Source: Comamonas sp. lk
GTDB lineage: Bacteria > Pseudomonadota > Gammaproteobacteria > Burkholderiales > Burkholderiaceae_C
Length of the DNA: 64,000 bases
Direction: 5' to 3'
Assembly: GCA_945860595.1 (NCBI GenBank)
Contig: CAMAQV010000007.1
Location: forward strand, 15,595 to 79,594
How positions within the stretch are numbered: position 1 is the first letter of the stretch; each line of letters starts with the position of its first letter. A program made the position numbers and the translations under genes. A model generated the notes under the pieces. The model was not told the origin of the DNA and did not search any database. It saw nothing but the letters and a program-made list of their open reading frames with translations. Of this stretch, positions 57,498-64,000 are shown piece by piece.

Positions 57498-58487
57498 TTA
57501 CATGCCCCAGCGCAGCGCGGCGGTGTGCACCGGCGCATCCCACAGCGCTAAAAACTCCGGCGTGACGGCCGTGACCGTGATCGAGCAGCCGGCCATCTCG
57601 AGCGAGGTGACGTAAGACCCGGTGAGGTGGCGCACCACGCGGATGCCGTGGCGGTCCAGCACCTTGCGGGCGGCGTTGACCATCAGGTACAGCTCTACCA
57701 GCGGCGTGCCACCAAAGCCGTTGACCAGCAAAATCACTTCTTGCCCGGATTGCAGGGCCAGGTCTTTGAGCACCGCGCCGGTGAGTTCTTCGGCAATCGC
57801 GTCTGCGCTGGCCAGGGGCACGCGGCGGCGGCCCGGCTCGCCGTGTATGCCCACGCCGACTTCCATCTCGTTCATGCCGATCTGGAACGTGGGTTTGCCC
57901 GCTGCGGGAACGGTGCAGGAGGTCAGCGCCACGCCCATGGACGCGGTGGCTTTGTTCACTGCGTCGCCCAGCGCCTTGAGTGCGGCCAGTTTGTCGCCGC
58001 GCTCGGCAGCAGCGCCCAGAATCTTTTCGACGATCAGGGTACCTGCTACGCCACGCCGCCCGGTGGTGTAGGTGGAGTCCTCCACCGCCACATCGTCGTT
58101 GACGACCACCACCGCGTTCTCCTGGTCCAGCATCTCGGATGCCATCTGGAAATTCATCATGTCGCCGGAATAGTTCTTGACGATGAACAGCACCCCGGCG
58201 CCGCCATCAACAGCTTGCGCGGCATTCATCATCTGGTTGGGCGTGGGCGAAGTGAAGATCTGGCCCGGGCAGGCCGCGTCGAGCATGCCATGGCCGACAA
58301 AACCCGCGTGCAGCGGCTCATGCCCGGCACCGCCACCGGAGATCAGCGCGACCTTGCCCGGCTTGTTGCGCTTGCGGCGCACAAACTCGTGTTCTGCGCC
58401 GAGCGCAACGATGTCGGCATGCGCGGCGGCAAAGCCGTCCAGCGATTCGGTCAACACGTTGTCGACGTTGTTCATCAGATTTTTCAT
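57498..58487 (-). CDS. dhaK: Dihydroxyacetone-kinase family, substrate-binding subunit
   Basis: SGGGAGHEP, KNYSGD, RRGVAG and GIHGEPG. Confidence 0.9.
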   Translation of the reverse strand: MKNLMNNVDNVLTESLDGFAAAHADIVALGAEHEFVRRKRNKPGKVALISGGGAGHEPLHAGFVGHGMLDAACPGQIFTSPTPNQMMNAAQAVDGGAGVLFIVKNYSGDMMNFQMASEMLDQENAVVVVNDDVAVEDSTYTTGRRGVAGTLIVEKILGAAAERGDKLAALKALGDAVNKATASMGVALTSCTVPAAGKPTFQIGMNEMEVGVGIHGEPGRRRVPLASADAIAEELTGAVLKDLALQSGQEVILLVNGFGGTPLVELYLMVNAARKVLDRHGIRVVRHLTGSYVTSLEMAGCSITVTAVTPEFLALWDAPVHTAALRWGM

Positions 58488-58528
58488 GGTGCGCCTTGTG
58501 CGTCAAAAAAGTGGGGATGCGGGTATTT

Positions 58529-59125
58529 TCAGGCTGTCTGCAGGCTGTCGCAGACCGCGCCGATGATGAGCGCCATGGAGCGGGAGCCGGGGTCCACATG
58601 GCCCTTGGCGCGGTCGCCCAGAAAAGACGAGCGCCCGCGCGTGGCGTCCATGTTGGCGGTTGCCTGCGCGCTGTCAAACGCACATTGGCGCACGCGCGCG
58701 ATCAAATCGGGTCCGCCTGCAGCAAGCACTTTTTGCACCGGGTCGAGTACGTCCAAGAGCGTTTTTTGCCCGACCTCGGCTTTGCCCAAACGCGTCAGCG
58801 CTTCGATGCTGGCGCGCAGGGCCACGGCGAAATCCTGGGACGCGGGCTCGGGCGGCAGCGCTTTGCCCAGCGTCATCAACAAGGTGCCAAAGACCGGGCC
58901 GGAGGAGCCGCCGATCATGGCCACGCAGGTCTTGCCCATGGTTTTGAGCGATTCATGTAGGCCTTTGCCTTCCATCTCGGCCAGCTTGGCCTGAATGGCT
59001 TGCGCGCCCCGGCGCATATTCAGGCCGTGGTCGCCGTCGCCAATGGCCTGGTCCAGGGCGGTTAGTTCGTCGAGGTGGTCTACCAGCGTTTGGGTGGCGT
59101 TTTGGATGAGTGGAGTGAAGGACAT
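58529..59125 (-). CDS. dhaL: Dihydroxyacetone-kinase family, ADP-binding subunit
   Basis: LDQAIGDGDHG, GGSSGPVFG, KTLLDVL and GHVDPG. Start MSFTPLIQ. Confidence 0.9.
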   Translation of the reverse strand: MSFTPLIQNATQTLVDHLDELTALDQAIGDGDHGLNMRRGAQAIQAKLAEMEGKGLHESLKTMGKTCVAMIGGSSGPVFGTLLMTLGKALPPEPASQDFAVALRASIEALTRLGKAEVGQKTLLDVLDPVQKVLAAGGPDLIARVRQCAFDSAQATANMDATRGRSSFLGDRAKGHVDPGSRSMALIIGAVCDSLQTA

Positions 59126-59154
59126 GGTCGGTTTTCCCTTGGGGCAATGGTCTC

Positions 59155-60177
59155 TCAGCCGCGCACACGCAGCCCGGCGGCGTCGAACCACAGGCTGTGC
59201 GCGATGTGCACGCCGACGCTTTGGCCAAGGTGGGCCACTTGTTCCGGGGGCGCGGCAACGATTAACTCGGTATCGCTGCCTGCCAGACGCAGGTGCAGCA
59301 GGTACTGGTCGCTCAGGCGTTCGATGCGTTGTACCTGGGCATGGAGCTGTGCGCTGGTGGCGTCTGTCAATTGCACATGCTCGGCCCGAACGCCGATGGT
59401 TTGCACCGTGGGCGGCAAGGCCGCTTGACCCAGCGCTGCACGCGGCAGCAAATTAATGCGCGGCGAACCCAGACGGCTGGCCACAGCCACCGTATGCGGG
59501 TCTTCGTAGACTTGTTGCGGTGTGCCGAGCTGCACCAGGCGGCCCTGGTCGAGTACGCCGATGCGGTTGGCCAGCGTGAGCGCCTCCACCTGGTCGTGCG
59601 TCACATAGAGCATAGTGGCGCCGGTGTCCTGCTGGATGCGCTTGAGCTCCAGCCGCAGGTCATTGCGCAGCTTGGCGTCCAGCGAGGAGAGCGGCTCGTC
59701 CATCAGGTAGACCGCCGGGTTGCGCACTAAGGCGCGGCCGATGGCTACGCGCTGCATCTGTCCGCCCGAGAGTTTGGTCGCCGGGTTGTTGAGCTTGTCT
59801 TCCATGCGCAGCATGCGCGCCACTTCCAGTACCTTGGTTTTCACATCCGCCTCATTGGTTTTGCGCAGCGGCGAGCGCAGCGGAAAGGCCAGGTTGTCAT
59901 AGACGCTCAGGTGCGGATAGAGCGAATACTGCTGGAACACAAAGGTCACATCGCGCAGGGCCGGGGCCAAGCGGGTGACATCGCGTCCGCCGATGGACAC
60001 GCTGCCGCTGTCGGGTACTTCGAGCCCCGCGGCCAGCCGTAAGGTCGTGGTTTTGCCCGCTCCGCTGGGGCCGAGCAAGACCACCAACTCACCGCTGGCA
60101 ATGTCGATATGCAGGTCGCTGACAGCGGTCTGCATGCCAAAGCGCTTGCTGACATGGGAGAGCGAGAGATCAGCCAT
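59155..60177 (-). CDS. Sugar/polyol ABC transporter ATP-binding protein (CUT1)
   Basis: GPSGAGKTT, LSGGQMQRVA, MDEPLSSLD and YVTHDQ; TOBE-like C-terminus. Confidence 0.92.
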   Translation of the reverse strand: MADLSLSHVSKRFGMQTAVSDLHIDIASGELVVLLGPSGAGKTTTLRLAAGLEVPDSGSVSIGGRDVTRLAPALRDVTFVFQQYSLYPHLSVYDNLAFPLRSPLRKTNEADVKTKVLEVARMLRMEDKLNNPATKLSGGQMQRVAIGRALVRNPAVYLMDEPLSSLDAKLRNDLRLELKRIQQDTGATMLYVTHDQVEALTLANRIGVLDQGRLVQLGTPQQVYEDPHTVAVASRLGSPRINLLPRAALGQAALPPTVQTIGVRAEHVQLTDATSAQLHAQVQRIERLSDQYLLHLRLAGSDTELIVAAPPEQVAHLGQSVGVHIAHSLWFDAAGLRVRG

Positions 60178-61297
60178 GGGCGGCTCCGGTGCGTGCGGCA
60201 CCCGTCAGCGGCAGTGCGTCGCGGGCGGTGCGGATGGCGCGTCCGCTGGATTGGTCAAACAAGGTGATCTGGGCGCTGTCAAAAGCCAAGCCGGTTTGGT
60301 CGCCGCGCTGGGTGCGGGTATGCACGTCAATCTTGGCGCGAACCACGCTGTCCTGCGCGGTTTTGAGGGTGACGATCTGGCAGTTGCCCAGGTATTCCAC
60401 ACCCAGCACTTCAGCGCGCAAAGCAGCGTCGGCTTCCAGCCGGACATGCTCAGGGCGCACGCCGTAGAGCAGGGCGCGCGTGCTGACGTCCTCTTGCACA
60501 GCAGGCAAGCCCAGTGAGGCCGTACCAAGCGGTAGTTGGGTCGCGCCGCGCGCCAGCGCGGCATGGGCAGGAATGAAGTTCATCGAAGGCGAGCCCATAA
60601 AGTCAGCCACAAAGACGCTGACCGGGCGCTCGTAAATTTCCTGCGGCGCACCGAGTTGCTCGATCACGCCCTGGTTCATGATGGCAATCTTGTCGGCCAT
60701 GGCCATGGCCTCGCGCTGGTCGTGGGTCACATACACCGTGGTCGCGCCCAAGCGGTCATGCAGGGCGCGTAATTCGAGGCACATCAGTTCGCGGAACTCC
60801 GCATCCAGCGCCCCCAGCGGCTCGTCCATCATGAAAGCCAGGGGCTGGCGCACGATGGCGCGCCCCAACGCCACGCGTTGGCGGTCGCCGCTGGTCAGGC
60901 CGGAGACAGAATGTTGAAGCAAATGCGTGATGTGCAAGGTAGCGGCAGCCTGGGCCACACGGGCGTCGATTTCGGCGCGCGGCATGCCTTGCGAGACCAG
61001 CGGAAAAGCGATGTTCTGCCGCACCGACATGTGCGGGTAGAGCGCAAACATCTGGAACACGAACGCAATGTCCCGGGCCGAGGCACGCTTGAACGTGACG
61101 TCTTCGCCGCCCAAAAATATGTGGCCCTCGGTGGGCAGCTCCAGCCCAGCAATCATGCGCAGGGTGGTAGTTTTGCCGCAGCCTGAGGGGCCCAGCAGGC
61201 AGAAAAATTCGCCGTCATTGACCACGAAGGACGAGTCTTTGACAGCCACAAAATCGCCAAAGGCTTTGTGCAGTTGTTGAACGCGGATTTCAGCCAT
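60170..61297 (-). CDS. Sugar/polyol ABC transporter ATP-binding protein (CUT1)
   Basis: GPSGCGKTT, LTSGDRQRVA (variant signature), MDEPLGALD and YVTHDQ. Confidence 0.92.
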   Translation of the reverse strand: MAEIRVQQLHKAFGDFVAVKDSSFVVNDGEFFCLLGPSGCGKTTTLRMIAGLELPTEGHIFLGGEDVTFKRASARDIAFVFQMFALYPHMSVRQNIAFPLVSQGMPRAEIDARVAQAAATLHITHLLQHSVSGLTSGDRQRVALGRAIVRQPLAFMMDEPLGALDAEFRELMCLELRALHDRLGATTVYVTHDQREAMAMADKIAIMNQGVIEQLGAPQEIYERPVSVFVADFMGSPSMNFIPAHAALARGATQLPLGTASLGLPAVQEDVSTRALLYGVRPEHVRLEADAALRAEVLGVEYLGNCQIVTLKTAQDSVVRAKIDVHTRTQRGDQTGLAFDSAQITLFDQSSGRAIRTARDALPLTGAARTGAAHG

Positions 61298-61301
61298 GGT
61301 C

Positions 61302-61523
61302 TTACTCGGGAAACTTCGAAACCACCATGAACATCACCGTGCCGCCCAGCATGGTGAGGAAAGACCAGGTGTACAAAAACAGCGCAAAAGGCTGCAGCAG
61401 CATGAACAGCCCCAGGCCGATCACGCCGCAGGCCACCAGTTCCATGGTGTTGCGGCGCAAGTAGCGTGGCCAGTTGCTGGTGCGCGCAGCGGGGACAGAA
61501 GAGGATGGCTCGGTGTAGGACAT
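61302..61523 (-). CDS. Small two-TM membrane protein within the ABC operon
   Basis: 73 aa with two hydrophobic segments; fits the gap between permease and ATPase with 14-nt and 4-nt spacing; GAGG RBS upstream. Confidence 0.75.
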   Translation of the reverse strand: MSYTEPSSSVPAARTSNWPRYLRRNTMELVACGVIGLGLFMLLQPFALFLYTWSFLTMLGGTVMFMVVSKFPE

Positions 61524-61537
61524 GGCTATCGCACCTC

Positions 61538-62494
61538 TTACTTGCGCACTGCGCCGAAGGTGATGCCGCGCAGCAGGTGTTTGCGCAACAGCACGGTGAA
61601 GACCAGGATGGGCACTAGGAACAAGGTGGTACCCGCCGCCACGGCGGGCCAGTCCATGCCGCCTTCGCCGATGATGATGGGAATAAAGGGCGGCGCGGTT
61701 TGCGCTTCGCCCGAGGTCAGCAGCACGGCGAAGGCGTATTCGTTCCAGGCAAAGATCAGGCAGAAGATCGCCGTGGCCACGATACCCGTCACCGCCTGCG
61801 GCAAGACGACTTTGCGGAAGGCCTGCAAGCGGGTGTAGCCGTCCACCATGGCGGCCTCTTCGTATTCGCGCGGAATCTCGTCAATAAAGCCCTTGAGCAG
61901 CCACACCGACAAGGAGACATTGACCGCGCTGTACAACAAGATCATGCCCAGCCGGGTGTCCGACAGGCCCAGCTCGCGGTACATCAGGTAGATGGGAATG
62001 GCCACCGCAATCGGCGGCATCATGCGGGTGGACAAAATGAAGAAGAGCAAATCGTCTTTCAGCGGCACCTTGAAGCGCGAAAACGCATACGCCGCCATCA
62101 CCCCGAAGCCCACCGACAAAATTGTGGAGCCAAAGGCGATGATCAGGGAGTTGGTGAAGCGCGGGGCGAAATTCGACGGGCCGGCCACGGCCATGTGCTG
62201 CGCGCGGGCGATTTCCTCGCAGCGTCCTTGCGCCGGCGGCAGGCTGGCCAGGTATTCATCGGTCTGGCGCGAGCGCGTGGTAAACAAATTGCAATAGCCC
62301 TCCACCGATGGGCTGAAGACGATTTTGGGTGGGTAGCTGATGGAGTCGGCCGGGGTTTTGAAGCCGGTCATGATGATCCAGACCAGCGGGATCATGGTGA
62401 CCAGGGCGTAGAACACGACTACGACGCTGGCAAACCACTGGCTGCCGGATGAGGGGTCGACTACCGAATGGGCGGTGCTGATACCTTTGCGCAT
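61538..62494 (-). CDS. Carbohydrate ABC permease (MalG-like)
   Basis: EAA loop FIDEIPREYEEAAMVDG, RMMPPIAVAIP and WNEYAFA. Confidence 0.92.
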   Translation of the reverse strand: MRKGISTAHSVVDPSSGSQWFASVVVVFYALVTMIPLVWIIMTGFKTPADSISYPPKIVFSPSVEGYCNLFTTRSRQTDEYLASLPPAQGRCEEIARAQHMAVAGPSNFAPRFTNSLIIAFGSTILSVGFGVMAAYAFSRFKVPLKDDLLFFILSTRMMPPIAVAIPIYLMYRELGLSDTRLGMILLYSAVNVSLSVWLLKGFIDEIPREYEEAAMVDGYTRLQAFRKVVLPQAVTGIVATAIFCLIFAWNEYAFAVLLTSGEAQTAPPFIPIIIGEGGMDWPAVAAGTTLFLVPILVFTVLLRKHLLRGITFGAVRK

Positions 62495-62503
62495 GCGGAA
62501 GTC

Positions 62504-63457
62504 CTAGCGGTTCTTGATGTGGTTGAGGGCTTTGACGTAGATGTTGGCCAACCCGAACACCGCTACGAACAAAATAATCGCGAATGCCGAGGAATAGCCG
62601 GTGCGCCATTTTTCGAAGGCCTCGCGCTTGAGCGTGATCGAGGCGACCTCGGTGGTTGAGCCCGGCCCGCCCGAGGTCAGTAGATTGACCATGTCAAACA
62701 TCTTGAAGTTCTCGATGCCACGGAACAAGACCGCCAGCATGATGAAGGGCAAGACCATGGGCAGGGTGATAGACCAGAACTGCCGCCACTTGGAGGCGCG
62801 GTCCACTTCGGCGGCTTCGTAGATGTAATCGGGAATCGAGCGCAGGCCGGCCAGGCAGATCAGCATGACGTAAGGCGTCCACATCCAGACATCCACGATG
62901 ACGATGGCCCAGGGCGCGAGCGGCACTTCACCGAGCATGGAAAACGACGAGGGTGAGACACCGCTGATGAAGGAGGCGATGACATTGAACAAGCCCGTTT
63001 GGGGCTGGTACAAAAAGGCCCAGAAGTTGCCCACCACGGCGGGCGACAGCATCATGGGAATCAGAATCAGGGTGGTCCAAAAACCGTGGCCGCGGAATTT
63101 GCGGTCAAGCAGGTAGGCCAGGGTAAAACCGATCAGGGTTTGCAGAAAAATGGTCCAAAACACAAAGTGCGCGGTGGTCTGCATAGCGGCCCACACATCG
63201 GGGTCGGTGAGCACCGAGACATAGTTGTCGATCCCGACATCGATGGGTGTGGCATTGGGGCGGTTGGCGCGGAAATTGGTGAACGAGAGTTTGATCGTCC
63301 AGATCAGCGGAAAAATATTGATGGCCAGCAGCAGCAGCATGGTCGGGCCGATGAAGAGCCAGGCAATCGAGCGATCCGACAAGCCGCGCATGCGCTGCGC
63401 CAGCGGCGCGGGGGTGGCGCGTGCCAAGCGGTCAGCCAGTGGATTCGTGGTGGACAT
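62504..63457 (-). CDS. Carbohydrate ABC permease (MalF-like)
   Basis: LRSIPDYIYEAAEVDRA EAA loop, PMMLSPAVVG and WMWTPYVML. Confidence 0.92.
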   Translation of the reverse strand: MSTTNPLADRLARATPAPLAQRMRGLSDRSIAWLFIGPTMLLLLAINIFPLIWTIKLSFTNFRANRPNATPIDVGIDNYVSVLTDPDVWAAMQTTAHFVFWTIFLQTLIGFTLAYLLDRKFRGHGFWTTLILIPMMLSPAVVGNFWAFLYQPQTGLFNVIASFISGVSPSSFSMLGEVPLAPWAIVIVDVWMWTPYVMLICLAGLRSIPDYIYEAAEVDRASKWRQFWSITLPMVLPFIMLAVLFRGIENFKMFDMVNLLTSGGPGSTTEVASITLKREAFEKWRTGYSSAFAIILFVAVFGLANIYVKALNHIKNR

Positions 63458-63505
63458 AGGGGCTTGCAGTCAGTGAGCCGGGAAGGGCGTTACAGCCGGT
63501 GAAGG

Positions 63506-63541
63506 GCACCCGTCTTCCATGCGCGCATGAAAGACAGGTGC
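63506..63541 (-). other. Intercistronic RNA stem-loop downstream of the binding-protein gene
   Basis: The minus strand reads GCACCUGUCUUUCAUG-CGCG-CAUGGAAGACGGGUGC, a 16-bp stem. Its two plus-strand mismatches become G-U pairs on the transcribed strand. Confidence 0.7.
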
Positions 63542-63563
63542 AAGGGTTTACCGAAGGAGCAAG

Positions 63564-64000
63564 TTACTTGATCTTGCCGTCTTCTTTGAACACTTTCTTC
63601 CAGTCTGCCACCAGGCCGTCCAGTGCTTCCTTGGCGGTGCCTTTGTCGGCCACCACAAAGTCATGCACCCGCTTTTGCTCAGCCAGCATCAGCTGCGCGT
63701 AGGACGGATCAGCCCAGAAGTCGACCACCTGGTTCATAGACTCCTGGAACGCCGCCGCATACGGTGCGCTCTTCAGATAGCCAGGGTCTTTGAGCACTGC
63801 GTTGTGTGCCGAAGAGCCGCCAATGGCCTGCCATTTTTTCTGCACCTCGGGGTTCGCAAACCACTTGATGTACTGCAGCGCTTCGGTGCGGTTCGGCGAG
63901 TACGACACCACCGAGATGCCCTGGCCGCCCAGTTGCACACCCTTGGCTTTGTCCGACGGGTTCACAAAGTAACCAATCTTCGCGCCACCGACTTGCGGGT
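63564..64000 (-). CDS. Carbohydrate ABC substrate-binding protein (3' part; start lies beyond the window)
   Basis: Open frame to the window edge with QLGGQGISV, YIKWFA, QKKWQAIGG and KEALDGLVADW. Directly upstream of the permeases. Confidence 0.85.
   Translation of the reverse strand, partial: PQVGGAKIGYFVNPSDKAKGVQLGGQGISVVSYSPNRTEALQYIKWFANPEVQKKWQAIGGSSAHNAVLKDPGYLKSAPYAAAFQESMNQVVDFWADPSYAQLMLAEQKRVHDFVVADKGTAKEALDGLVADWKKVFKEDGKIK

Noticed and set aside
1-64000. tRNA, rRNA, CRISPR arrays, integrases, transposases, prophage genes
   Set aside because: None recognised. Intergenic gaps are short and lack cloverleaf or repeat-spacer patterns by eye; a tRNAscan/Infernal run would confirm.

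Overview
Gene-dense, GC-rich chromosomal window whose gene content and order look like a betaproteobacterium (Comamonadaceae/Rhodoferax-like; this is an inference). About 54 CDSs can be supported. I found no rRNA, tRNA, CRISPR array, transposase or integrase. Left to right: an old-yellow-enzyme oxidoreductase with murU and pepP; a rubrerythrin-rubredoxin-rubredoxin reductase module; maeB; an orphan periplasmic binding protein paired with a membrane diguanylate cyclase; a bauR/bauA/mmsA beta-alanine locus; an SDR and uup; a vapBC toxin-antitoxin pair; a BMP-type nucleoside ABC importer divergent from ribokinase, nucleoside hydrolase and a 2OG-Fe(II) oxygenase; gcdH; a secreted S1/P1 nuclease; a GcvT-family protein that closely resembles DMSP demethylase DmdA; EamA and ogt; pmm-waaC-waaA; an RND pump with pcm and tolC; msrA; a small accessory patch (XRE regulator, SAM methyltransferase, DUF6516-like gene plus winged-HTH gene with a perfect operator palindrome); a TIM-barrel/Gfo-Idh-MocA/alpha-glucosidase trio running into glgBXCAP; and a polyol-type ABC importer with dhaL-dhaK but no dhaM in view. 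The best leads are the DmdA-like demethylase, the toxin-first DUF6516/wHTH module, the nucleoside cluster with an unexplained oxygenase, and the binding-protein/diguanylate-cyclase pair. Family assignments come from motif recognition and recollection; no database search was run.
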